Source: Polymyxa betae A26-41 (Eukaryota; Protista; Endomyxa: Phytomyxea). Taken from it: a stretch of 64,000 nucleotides of DNA. The notes beneath the pieces are model-generated. The model was given only the letters and a program-made list of their open reading frames with translations, searched no databases and was not told the origin of the DNA. Both the position numbers and the translations under genes were made by a program. Below are positions 52,801 through 64,000 of the stretch, one piece after another; position 1 is the first letter of the stretch, and each line of letters opens with the position of its first letter. The stretch covers positions 1 to 64,000 of the forward strand of contig RBZT01000578.1 in NCBI GenBank assembly GCA_003693705.1. Direction: 5' to 3'.

Positions 52801-53106
52801 ACTAAGCTACGACAACAACCGCAATCTTCGAAAACATTTTGTCTACAAAACGAACTCATTTTCAAAGAGACACTGACTGTGGGCGTGTTGCGATGCAGAC
52901 TCATCAGGCCTACTATATGGAAGCGGGATGATCCGATCCAGGTTATTTTGACCTGATAAAGCGAAGCTGACGTTCATTCGGGTATGGAACTCTTCTGGTG
53001 GAAGCGGCTTCGGCCCGTTCCGAGGCGGCATCGGGTCGTCTCGTCGTAGAACGACAATATCGCCGCCTAGCATGAGAACAGAATGGCCAAGTGCAAACTC
53101 TATCAT
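49805..53106 (-). CDS. Protein with 8 tandem Myb/SANT-like repeats and a C-terminal AT-hook; two apparent 1-nt frameshifts
   Basis: Repeat W-S-x2-E-I-D-F-L-x3-A-x3-N-x2-W-x2-V-A-x-L-M-x2-K-F-G...Y-T-A-R-S-V occurs 8 times across ORFs 51800-52765 (3), 51453-51722, ~51160-51310, ~50830-50985, 50399-50644 and 49987-50238. KRKRGRPRK AT-hook. Frame breaks at ~51402 and ~51020. Confidence 0.8.
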
Positions 53107-53110
53107 TGTT

Positions 53111-53185
53111 TGATGGTGCTGGATGACCTGCTGATAGTGCTCAACCACCTGCTGATAGTGCTCAACGACCTGCTGATAGTGCTGG
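53111..53185. repeat. 21-bp tandem repeat (~3.5 copies) just upstream of the multi-Myb ATG
   Basis: Unit acctgctgatagtgctcaac(c/g) starts at 53126, 53147 and 53168, with a degenerate copy at 53111. Confidence 0.9.
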
Positions 53186-53629
53186 TAACATTCAGCAAGT
53201 GACCATGAAATGCGCTCATATCACATAGCACATGGGATGTACATTGTACAGTATGCAGTACACAACGCAGCTATACTTAAAATGCGACTTAACAAGGGTT
53301 TGCGAAGTCCGAGGTCTGTTCACGAAACGACGGTAGTCTCTTCCCAATTCGTAAAGAAGCATTACTGTCGATCGGTATCCATCACCTAGGATTTGTGTTG
53401 TTGTCCAGATTACTTTGTAGACAGCCCGCATCAGAACCTTCTGATGCGGCAAAACGACAAAAAAGCTGTGCTGTGCCAGTAAATGCCTCAGTAGATTTGC
53501 TAAAAGGTTTTGATGAGGAACTGCTATTCAGCCTAGTTATCCTAGTACCTCATCAAGTAAAGTCCTCAAGTAAGACATTTGTCCAACCGCTGAAAAATGT
53601 TGTTATTTACACAATGAGTATACAACGGT

Positions 53630-54407
53630 TTACCAAAACCCCTGATCCGGGTTTCGCGTCTCAGTCCACCGCCTTGTTGGCCTAGGGCGCTTCATAAACC
53701 GCTCCGGTCCTGAAGGTGGGCGAGTACGGTGAACATCGTCAGAAACCTGCTTGTGCTTACATCTGATGGAATCCGCAGTATAGTGACGTTTTGTTCCAAA
53801 CTTCTGGGTCATTAAATTGGCAACTTCCTGCCAGGTTCTCTTCGCATCTTGTGCTGCTTCCAGCAAATAATTGACTTCATCAAAGGACCAGTAAAAATCC
53901 TCACGCAATCGATGCCGATTTACGCTTGCCGAATCGAGATAAACTTGATCAGACTTGAATTTGCTGTCTTTTGAACTGGATCGGTCGAAACGTCGGTTAG
54001 GAAATCGATCACAGCATAGGTCTTCAACAGATTGGGATAGGATTGACGAGTGATCAAGATCGACTAACGCGAAAGGAGCTAGTGCCACAAATGGTTAGAA
54101 TGCGCTTCATATATGACAGATTCACGATGCCGACCAGAAAGAACATAAATAAACAGCAAAAACAATGTATTATAATGCACATACAGGAGACAAGCTTGAA
54201 TGGAGGGTTTCCGGAGCCAGCATATTGCAGGTGAATGATTCGATTCAGGTCATTGCAGACTGGCAGGGCGATACTGACGTTCATTCTAGTATAAAACTCA
54301 TCAGGCGGCACCGGCTTCGGCGTCTTCCGAGGAGGCAGTGGCTGGTCGCTGTTTAAGACGACAACATCGCTGCCAAGCGTTAGGACCGAGTAGACAGACG
54401 CCGACAT
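53630..54407 (-). CDS. Single-repeat Myb/SANT-like paralog of the upstream multi-Myb gene
   Basis: N-domain SVLTLGSDVVVL..PLPPRKTPKPVPPDEFYTRMNVS vs SVLMLGGDIVVL..PMPPRNGPKPLPPEEFHTRMNVS. One repeat WSFDEVNYLLEAAQ..WQEVANLMTQKFGTKRHYTADSIRCKH. C-terminus WTETRNPDQGFW* vs WNEQRNLDQGVW*. Confidence 0.8.
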
Positions 54408-54637
54408 TGCCTATCAGATTGGTCCCGAATGATTGAAGTTATGGAAACGAAATGCGCTCAAATGAGGCCGCCATCACAATAACAGCGATCTAAAAACCCT
54501 AGCCCTAGTTCCAACAGGCAATTTTTTAAAGGTGATAATTGCATTAACCGTTTCGCCCTTCAAATAGTTCTCACTTTAATCTACATATAAACTCGTTAAC
54601 GATTTTGCTTGACAGCCTCTTGCGGGATTTGTTTTGG

Positions 54638-55520
54638 TCAATACGAAGGTTGAAGTGGTTTTAGCAGGTTCCTGACTTGAGCAAGGAGATCGTCACCAAA
54701 CTTACTGGACGCATGTAAGCGTAAAGACTCGTCCTCAGGTACGTGCTGGAATGTCTCGATAGTGTTCGATTCGCCAATAGTCAAGGTCAGGCGGGTGGTT
54801 CGTTTATAGACCGAAAAACAATCGCGATTTCCAGGCCATCTGGGTAAATCTAATCTTAGAACTTCATGGAAATGCTCGCTCAAGTATAGATGGAACGAAA
54901 CATTGCCGGTTTGTGAAAAATCGCCTATAGTATCAGTTAACTTGAGTAGACAACGAAATCAACAGATTAGTCGTCACCATGTAAAGTCCTTCCAAACGAT
55001 TCACCAATATACAATACAAAGTCGCCTTGATAGGACTGAATCGCTTGTGAAGCCATATCGTATATATCAGGCCAACATAGGAACAAAGTTGCCGAACGAT
55101 TGCATTCGATGGCATTCTGAATACTATCTGTTTTCATCACTCCATCAGCCTCGACGAGGTCGTATGCGATCACCTGTGCTCCAGTACGGCTTCGTATCAG
55201 ATTCGCCCAGTATCCACTGAGCCGTAGAAATTGGTATGACGAATTCCGGATTGAAAGGCACTCGCATACCTTCCTGCACCTATTTCGATGATGGGCGAGA
55301 ACATGCCAATAACATGTACAGATTCAGCAGTGGGTATGGCATGAGCTAATGGGACACGAATCGTCTGATGTATCTGCCGATACCAATCAAACATCTTCCG
55401 CCGATCATTACCAGACAGATTCGGGTCGAATATCCGCCCGAACTGCAACCCAGCTTCCGCCGCTAATCCCATCGCCTCTAGATAACGAAGAGACAGATCG
55501 TCGTCCCATGGCTCGCCCAT
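54638..55520 (-). CDS. Putative class I SAM-dependent methyltransferase-like protein, multi-exon
   Basis: AIPTAESV..SPIIEIGAG|SGYWA (motif I), LFLCWP, VLYIGE and DLPRWPG..D. Confidence 0.7.
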
Positions 55521-55651
55521 GAAGCGGCGTCCAAAACTGAATCGTACTGGTCCATGCCGGACCAAAATGTCAGAGGTTTGTAAACAGTCAAGTGCCTTCG
55601 GTCCGTACGGAGTTGAACTCGTTTTGTATCGAGCGATTTCAAAATCGCTCC

Positions 55652-56839
55652 ATGCAGGTCGTGACCAGATGTCAGCCGAGACCGACCCTATGCAGGCGAC
55701 TTGTGACGACCGGTGCGCCCTTCTCCACCAAATCTAAACGGAATGAGGCCATCGGCGAGGCTATCGACAGGATGCGTGCCAAAGCTGAACAGGAGAAGAA
55801 GAAGGTAGAGGAAGCCACTGGCGGTGCCCAGCAGAAATTCCAGGAATCCTGGGAGAAAATTAGGGGGACCGTTGACAAAATTAAGGAAGGGTTCGACAAT
55901 GCTGTTGAACGGAACGTTAGTCCGAAATTTGCTGCAAAAGCTCAGCATGCTACCGATTCTGTTCGCTCAGTGTTCTCGAAAAAGTTTATCGATGATATTT
56001 CCGGCGACCTTCTCGGACGTAAAAAGCAATATGGAAGGAAACAGCAACAATCGACAGAACGCGCGGAGATGCCCGCCAACGACGCTCGCGAAGTCGTCGT
56101 TGTCAAAGAAGCCGAAAGCGAGTTTGCACGCCGCTTGCGGCAGTTACGCGAACGCGCCGAACAAACAGAAACCTACCAGAAATTGCAGTCAAAATTCTCA
56201 TTCCTGAGAAAGAAGGTTCGCGAATCGCCCCTGTATCAGAAGGGCGTTGAAGCTCAAAATCGTGTCGGCGATAAGATCGAGGATGCTCGCGACTCCTTTG
56301 ACACAACTCAGAACCCGCTGATATGGACCATTCGCGATGCCAGCGATTCGTTATTAAGCGAATCGGAGCAGGCCGCCGCCCTGGCTGCCATCCGCCGTCT
56401 GGACCCGGAGTTCTCATTGCCTGAATTACTCGAAGAACTCGAGCATTTTATGATCCCGTCCGTGGTCAAAGCATACCTGCGTGCCGATATCGAGGTCCTG
56501 CAGGATGTCTGCGGCGGCGATGCGCTGATGTTCGTGAACGCCAGCGTGCGTCAGCGCCAGGCACAGAGCGCCCATTACGACGAGCGGATCCTGGATGTGA
56601 GTAACATTACATTCCATGACGCCATCACGTTGGAGTCCGGTGAACCCGTCCTTGTGGTGACGTTCAATTGCCAGCATGTGCATTGTGTTCGGGGTGCAGA
56701 TGGCACCATATTGGAGGGAAGCGAACATGATATTCGCTCGACGTTCTATTCGTGGGCGCTGACCAGGGATCATACCAGTGAACAGTTCAACTGGCGTATT
56801 CTCGACATGCAGATTCAGGGCATTCGGGCGTTAATTTGA
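55652..56839 (+). CDS. TIM44: Mitochondrial import inner membrane translocase subunit TIM44; intronless
   Basis: Arg-rich presequence, coiled coil, TTQNPLI, IRRLDPEFSL..FMIPSVVKAYLRAD, DERILDV, VTFNCQHVHCVR..G.ILEG and WRILDM. Confidence 0.92.
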   Translation: MQVVTRCQPRPTLCRRLVTTGAPFSTKSKRNEAIGEAIDRMRAKAEQEKKKVEEATGGAQQKFQESWEKIRGTVDKIKEGFDNAVERNVSPKFAAKAQHATDSVRSVFSKKFIDDISGDLLGRKKQYGRKQQQSTERAEMPANDAREVVVVKEAESEFARRLRQLRERAEQTETYQKLQSKFSFLRKKVRESPLYQKGVEAQNRVGDKIEDARDSFDTTQNPLIWTIRDASDSLLSESEQAAALAAIRRLDPEFSLPELLEELEHFMIPSVVKAYLRADIEVLQDVCGGDALMFVNASVRQRQAQSAHYDERILDVSNITFHDAITLESGEPVLVVTFNCQHVHCVRGADGTILEGSEHDIRSTFYSWALTRDHTSEQFNWRILDMQIQGIRALI

Positions 56840-57194
56840 GAATCCGATGGCGTTGTAAATAGAATCGCCAACCATACTGTCTTAAAGGTAGTTTTAATAC
56901 AGATCCTTCAATCCTGAAGATCAGGGCCGAATTTGCATTCAAGTTGGATCGCTCTTCATCTCTATCCCAACCATAATTGCTTATGTAGGATCCCGTTAGA
57001 GGTAACGTATCTCCCGATTTCTAAAATGTCAAACGAGGCCGCGGAGGAGGGCCACTCCTCTTAGTGGGTAACGTTACCTTTATTTCCATCTTTGAGATTT
57101 GACTGATTTCAAGATCATCTCATTTTTATGATGTGTCTCCGTAGGATGTCGGGTTTCATCAGGCATCGATCGTATACCGTACTAGAGTGCTCGG

Positions 57195-58772
57195 ATGGCA
57201 CCATTGGTGACGACGATACACCAAGATGGATTCTCACTGCATCCTGTTTTCGCCACCCGCGATGAGAGTGTCGCTTTGAAATCTCGAAGCGCTGCATGTC
57301 ATGTCGATCTTCGAAACGATTCCAGGTGCTATCGCACAACAACATCTCTTGGATCAGCTCATTACGTTGAGGATGATCTATTCCATAGTACAGCCCACAA
57401 GGCCATGACCCCGATACAATCACGGGCGATGCAATCCTCGTTCAATCTGAAGAAAGAATTATATGGCTCGCATATATCGCTTGGAGCTGATTCCGATAAG
57501 TGGTCGGTGACAAGCAGGGAAGCGTTTCAATCTTCTGAATGGCAAAAGCTCAAGAAAGCCGAGCCGCCAATATCTCCACATACAAGCAGCGTTAAACTTG
57601 GAATGGATTCATCCCGTTCTTATGACACAACGACGACGTCAGCATTTCAGAAACTTTCTGCTAAAAGGCCCCCGCCGGCCCAATCACGTTTAGGGACCAC
57701 ATCGTCCAGTGTGACAATCTCTTCTCAACCAAGCGCTGTCTGGGAATCGTCCACAAAAGCAACTTTTAATGAAATTGTTCGAGGGGGTCGTCGACCACTT
57801 CCTTCGGAGGAGGCCAAAAAGTATTTTTTAGGGGATCATATCCGAATTACCGATGGAGTGGGTTCGCCTTGGGTCACAGTCAACGAAACCGAGTTTGTAG
57901 AACGTTCGCCGTTGGAGCGCAAGAATCAGCCCGCTGCAGAAATTAGAAAATCGCACGTCGTTTTGGGAGAAGACTCAAGAACTGAACCAGTTAGCAGCAA
58001 TTCTTTGGAATTTCGGCAGCCGCATATAACGGCGACTCAATCTATCAATCATCAGCTTTACAAAAGCAGTGTGAAAATTCAAATGGTGAAATATGTAATC
58101 TAACCAATGCCGGTTGCTGATAGCCGTTTTTCTAGGATTATAACCCGAACCAGTGGAAGACCAAATACAACGAAGATTTCGGAGAAAAGTCTTCAAAAGA
58201 AGCTCGTGCTGATCGGGACGTTGTTCAAAGCATACGCGATGTGATGGCAAATCGATCTGGGATAAGTCTGGGACAAGACCGACAGCACTGGTCGACGACC
58301 TCACACAACTCATTTCAGAAGCTGGAGATGAATAAAGCCCAGGTTGACAGTGAAGCGAGACGGGCCCTGCTCTTTGGGCATCATCTTCAAATCGGGAGCG
58401 GATCTGAGCCGTTACCTAATCCAACGACAACCGACTCATATACTGTGGATGTTCACCGACTTAATGATCGCCTTGCCAATTATCGAGTCGGCGCTGCAAT
58501 GAAAAAGTCATTATCGACTTCAAGCGTTAAGGTAATATTCGTGAGAAATTCCTTGATAATGTTCAAGTTTTTATTCTACTCAGTTTGGATCGGGGCCTAC
58601 GGAACCTTGGCAGCGATCCGTAATGCTTAATCCCGTTTCTGTCGAACGAGCCGAAACTGTCAATCCAGAACTGCAGCGTTCACATTGGGCCATTGGCAAC
58701 GGAAAGGGAAACTATGAAACCATGAATCTGGGATCGCACAACTACCGAAACTTTCAAAACAAATGGCGATAA
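57195..58772 (+). CDS. Repeat protein resembling axonemal microtubule-inner proteins (TEX45/SAXO-like)
   Basis: About 10 repeats of S-[HS]-[IV]-x-[LI]-G-x-D...[WY]-x-T-T-x3-F, for example SHISLGADSDKWSVTSREAF, SSVKLGMDSSRSYDTTTTSAF and SGISLGQDRQHWSTTSHNSF. Start uncertain. Confidence 0.6.
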
Positions 58773-58957
58773 ATGTTGCTCGGTTTCTCATTTCTTCTGT
58801 TTGCCACTGTTGTGAAGTGTCACGCTTTTGACGTAATTAAGATAATCTTTCTTGTCACGATTGGAGAAAGTTCAGGTGGTGAAAGATCACGCTTATTGCT
58901 GCCTCAAATTCATTGACGAGACCGAGAAGCTGAGACAAACGTAGGGTATATCTTCGT

Positions 58958-61355
58958 CTATTGGCTATATTGCTGAACTAAGCGCCTGATGAACTTTTGT
59001 AATTTTAACTTCACGACTTTGGGCATGATCTCTTCAGGGACCGAATCTTGAGCTGTCTTGATCATATCCAAAATCTGCAGTGGGGGCAACATCACGCTTA
59101 TCCATGGTTGTGGCTTGTTTCCATCCCATTTCCGTCGTGATGCTATACAAGCTCGGTATCTTTCTTTGACAATGGGCACCATCGCAGCTCGGCGAACGTC
59201 CTGGGAAGCTCTAGGAACAGCAATTTCGTCTCGAATTGCTGCTGTGGTCTGTCGCCGTGACGATGCTTTTGTGTGTTTAGCAGCTTTCGTCATCGCATGT
59301 TTGACCTCCTCTTCTGCATAGAACGTAAAAATCCTGTCTTCGAAACTGATCCATTGTTTTTCAAAGGCTGCAAGTATAGCAGCGCATTGTCGTAGATACT
59401 GCTTCCACCAGTTTTGGAGCCGCAAGACTTTGTGTCGGAATGTTTTCACTCCTTTCAGCAGTTTGCGCTTTTCAAAAACCAACATCACTTTGATAATTTC
59501 AGCGGCCTGATGCTTCTTGGCAGCGATTCTTCGGAACTGCCGAGCCCGGAACTTTTTAAGTAGAATGCGGCCAAACATGTGTTCCAAGCGGCGAATTTCC
59601 CGAAGGCGGCGAGCAGCGCAGATGCACCTGAACCAGCGCTGGATGCGAGTAGCTGCACTCTTGGCGCGAACAATTTGATCACGATTAATTCGATACGTTT
59701 GAAGAAGGTTGGAGAACCAAATGGTACGGCTTGCAACCGGCATTAACTGCAGCCATCTGGAACCAATGTCATAAACCACTTCTAAAATACCCAGCTTTCA
59801 TACCGAGTTTGGATCCTCTTTCGTTGTTCTTCGATGGGCCGATATTCTGTTTGGGCATCAAGTGCCAGAGCCGAAATATCCAACGCCAACAGTTTAGCCC
59901 TCCATACATCCTATGACTCATATTACTGTAGGGGCCTATCGTCTCTCAAGCTGGCAGACCTTTTTACGTTCGCGTTCCTCTCGCATCACCTTGGAAATCG
60001 ATTTTGGTCGTATTTTCGATCCAGCTTTGCCTGGCACATTCGGAGCCATTTCAGGCTGAGACGGTTGCAGTTCATAGGTTGGTCCAGAAGCGAGCACTTG
60101 TTCAGGTGTCGGTTTAGGCTTCACTTTCTTGAAATGGAACTCCTTGATTCGCTGGTAGACCCGACCGCCATTGGCGAATCGCGACGCCGTCCCGAACGTC
60201 CCAACTCGTGCATTTGACGTTTCACGAAGAGTATCTGGTAGATTATACGACCCCGGTCCTGGGTCGTCATTTCCCAGATCGAAAACCGATCTTAGTCGCG
60301 CACGGCTGAACGATGCAGATGGAGGTCGAGCCCGTATTTGTTCATCGTGGATTGTATAAGATCCGGGTCCAGGTCCTGAAATAATTATGCACACCGAAAT
60401 AATATCAATTGCTTTACATACTGTCTTGCAGTTCATAAAGCGAAGTCGTATTCTCGAAACAATTTGTGGGAGATTGGATTCTAGCAGTACTGCGACCATG
60501 TCGATTGGGCTCACAAAGCTCGTAAGTACCAGGACCTATCTGATATTCTTTGTCGATCAGGCGTGCGATTTCTATTATTGCTGCTTAGCGAATTACAAAT
60601 AAAGAGCCTCACCATACCAGAATCTTTGAAGTTAGGATGCGGTCTGGACATCAATGCGCTTGGCGCTCGTCGTCGAATAGCGCTATCGTCAACCGTATAA
60701 CGGCCGGGACCCATAGTCCCATATCCTGAACAAACTTGTACCCAGCTCAAGAAATACAAATCGATCACCACCAACCTAACTGTACAGTGGCTTTGGTGTC
60801 GAATTTGTGCAAAGTTACACGAGGAGCAGCCGAATCCGCAAGCCGACTCACAATGCCTTCATACGAACCAGGACCTAACCGAGACGAAGCTGGTCTGCGT
60901 GCAGATATGGGCACCTTATTCAGATCTTGTACAGCCGATATCACAGAGCGTTCTAATGATAGGCGAGATTTGGGCTTCCGATTGATAATTTTTCCTGGTG
61001 TTGACGGCGTCGAAGGTTGCGACTTAGTCGTAGGTTTATACGGTTCGACAATTAGAAAGAAATCTTTGGAACTTTCGGTTATTATTAAACCAAACGAGCT
61101 TAACGGTACAGAGGCCTTACTTCCACTATGGCGATTTTCAGCTTCTCGTACTTCCATTCGGTGCAGGGCACTTGCAAACAGATCATCGCTCGAAGGTCTT
61201 GGCAACACCGGATCTGTAGGCTGCTGATGCAACGGCGATTCTGGAGGCAATTCGCCTCCCACTACAGCCAGGTTTAGATTCTTGAGCATCACAGATGTTG
61301 ACCCAGATGGGCGCCTTGTAGCCGCCACCGAATACGACCTGGCATTGGGTTGCAT
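58958..61355 (-). CDS. SHIPPO/PGP-repeat (ODF3/STPG-like) protein with C-terminal IQ-like motifs, multi-exon
   Basis: LGPGSY, MGPGRY, PGPGSY x2; AATRIQRWFR and VLRLQNWWK. Ends approximate. Confidence 0.7.
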
Positions 61356-61586
61356 CAGCAGCGACGATTTCGGTTCGATTAGTACATCGAGATCAAGAAT
61401 CTTTGTATCCAGTTTTAGCTGCGCGTGCCATTCCGAAACCGAAGGCAACAGTGGCGTCGGGAATGCTTCAAATCTCGCCGTTGATGACGCCTCTCATGAC
61501 CCATTGTTATTCACAATGAGGAGAAGGTTGCTGCTCTCTGAGTGAGCAATGTCGAAGAGAGAGACAGACGTTCAAACAATTGCGTA

Positions 61587-64000
61587 ATGTCCAAGGCGGT
61601 GGCGTCATTGGCCAAAGAGGCGCGTCGAGCTCTCGATAGCTCTGATCCCGATGCTGCATTGAAACATTGTCGGGCGGCGCTGAAATTGCCAGAAGGCGCT
61701 GGAAATGTGAAGATTCTGCTGCTGACGGCTCAAGCCTGTCAGGATCTGGATCCGCCTAGGTTCGTCGAATTCTGTTGTCCAAGAATCCATACTCTCATGC
61801 CCAGAAACACCCAGCTAATTTGGATTGTAGGCTAGAAGATGCTTATCGCGCTCTGAATAAAGCTTTACAAGTAGAGCCAGATTCGCTCAAAGCTTTGGGC
61901 ATGATGAGGAACATTCTTCGTCGGCTTCCGTCAGATATGCAACGCTCCATCAGTTTGAAACAAGTTTATGAAAGGCTCATAGCACTATGCGCTAATGACT
62001 CAGAATCACAATCTCGGTTAATGCGAGAGCTGATTGAAGTTCTTGAATCTGGCCAAGAGGAGAGCTCTAAGCTTGAAGCTTTGGAAATTCGGATGCAAAT
62101 GCTGCCATTGACTGACCAAGACTTGGTCGATATCCTGAGACGCCAGCTCGATTTGAAAATTGACTGTTCTGAATCGCTTCATCAACTAATCGATCGCCAT
62201 GCTTTGCCTGATTTCATCGTCGACGACGTTTTGTCCGATATATTCGCAAAAACTGTCGCCTCAAATAGTGAAGACGTCTGGTCGAGAACTCTTTCGCTGC
62301 TGGTTAAACTATCTGAATCTTGTCACTCTAAAGCTGTTCTGCAACATCTAGTTTCGTTGTCTCTCATTTATCGCCGAATATTCACACTGGATAAGCCGTT
62401 CTTCAAGCGTGCATGCTGCGCGCTGCTACGCCTGATTCCGAACGATTGCTTTGCATGGGCCGCGTTGGGCTGTATTTCTGTTCGTCCTCTGCATGATGCT
62501 CCTGAGAATCTCGAACAAGTCCGTGCTGCAATACGAATTGGTGAACTCGCCACAGCTAAAGTGCCCTTTCCTAAGAACGAGCCATTGCCTCTGGCTATTG
62601 TGATCGCCGAATCTTTTGATATTACGATCAGTTTACAATTGGAACTGCGCCCGCTTGATCTCGTGTCAATGAAAGTTCGTTTAAGATCGGCCTTAGATTT
62701 AATAGAAGGCATTTTTCAAAGATGCCCACAATTATCTACTTGGAAAGACAGCATGAAAACCAGTTTGCGTATTAATGCATGTCTATTTCAATCTGTTCCT
62801 GAATCAGCAAGCTATTTGGAGTCGCGTCACAATCTCCATCCTCGAGCAAGGCGCGCTCTTATTAGCAGGCTAATCGAATGCAGTCGATTCTCAGCTGCTG
62901 TCAAATTTATCGAACAATTTTGGCCTGAAGACCCACCCACATGGGCATTATCTGCATTATCTTGGTGTCGGTTCAAGATTGCCGGTTGTCAACAGACAGA
63001 TGCATTCTTAAATATCGCCGTATCTGTTATCAATCGCTCTCCACGCTGCGCTCTGTACCATACCAGAGTTGGTCTGATGTATTTTGCTATTGAAGATAAT
63101 GTCGACATAAATAAGCGTCTCGCTCTGGATTGTTTCATGACCTCAGCTCGAATAGATCCTCTATCCAGCCATCCTTGGACTGTAAGGCCCATTTCAAAAC
63201 ATTTAAAAAGTTTACGCTCCCTTGTTTTCACCATTCTTTCTTCAATAACAGTGATGCTTGTTTATGTTTATTTGTTTTCAGTGTCTCGGACGTTATTACC
63301 TGGAGTACAAGAAAGACGCAAATCGAGCCCTAAAATGCTTTCGTAAAGCCGTCTCTTTGGATCCTACCGATTCAGAGGCTGCCATGGCTTTATGTGAACT
63401 GGTTCTACCTGCTTCTGACGAGATCGTATCCGTATGTAAAGCTGCCATCGACACAAACTCGTTTTTTTGCGAATGGCCTTGGCGCTATCTTCTTGAAGCT
63501 CGACTTCAACGCGAGGAGTGGCTGGATTGTGTCGGAGCAATCCAGAATTTGCTGAAAGCCACCCCAAATGATGTCCGCCTATGGACCCAGCTCGGTTTTG
63601 TCTATTTACGAATGGGCAAGTTCCAGTCTAGTGCTCGTGCGTACTCGCAAGCAGTTAAAGTTGACCACAGTAACATTCGGGCTCATTATTCATTGGCCGA
63701 TGTTTATCTTCGAATGTATCAACCTGCCGATGCAATTACAGAACTGGAGCACACCTTGTCCTTGGAAGTGGGTGGACTTCGCCCTGCCATTGTTGAGTTG
63801 TTGCGGCAAACGTATTACGAAAACGGTAAACAACTGGCACAATCAGGGGAGTTTGACAATTCAAAGCAGCAATTCGACCGAGCTATTGATCTCCCAATTT
63901 CGGAATCAGCTTTTCTGGAGACTTGGAAATTGATTGGGGATATCCAGCTTGCTCGCTCTGATCCGTTATTAGCAGGAAAAGCATACGCTCGTGCTGTATT
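61587..64000 (+). CDS. SKI3: TPR protein, superkiller complex SKI3/TTC37-like; runs off the window
   Basis: N-terminal TPRs (LAKEARRALDSSDPDAALKHCRAALK). ALDCFMTSARIDP..WT|CLGRYY...RALKCFRKAVSLDPTDSEA and PNDVRLWTQLGFVYLRMGKF. Confidence 0.75.

Noticed and set aside
53111-53185. Repeat array considered as a CRISPR array
   Set aside because: Contiguous 21-bp units with no unique spacers, no cas genes and a eukaryotic context.

Overview
Compact, gene-dense eukaryotic DNA, not prokaryotic. It carries about 29 protein-coding loci, many broken by short (~45-65 nt) GT-AG introns and occasional GC-AG introns, so the ORF track fragments or misses several genes. Axonemal-type genes, TTTAGGG-like motifs and many secreted orphan proteins suggest a flagellated protist parasite; a plasmodiophorid/phytomyxid is plausible but unverified. 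Recognisable conserved genes: purine-permease-like transporter, membrane-anchored S8 subtilase, peroxisomal uricase, Rab GTPase, NF-YC, MCCC1, a C2H2 transcription factor, EIPR1/TSSC1, TIM44 and SKI3/TTC37. Four loci stand out. (i) Two neighbouring, divergently oriented RNA-regulator genes: PAM2 + nucleotidyltransferase with DxD changed to NxN + LOTUS/OST-HTH + U-box, and LOTUS + CCCH + CCHC + three PAM2-like motifs + SAM. (ii) A tandem triplet of large orphan proteins with a signal peptide on a small first exon (clear in two copies) and an internal NLS-like basic patch; the third copy is decaying. (iii) A tandem pair of Myb/SANT-like repeat proteins (8 repeats vs 1) sharing novel N- and C-terminal motifs. 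(iv) An intronless secreted bacterial-type sphingomyelinase next to an NHL-repeat protein. All gene models were spliced by eye, so exon boundaries and some starts are approximate.
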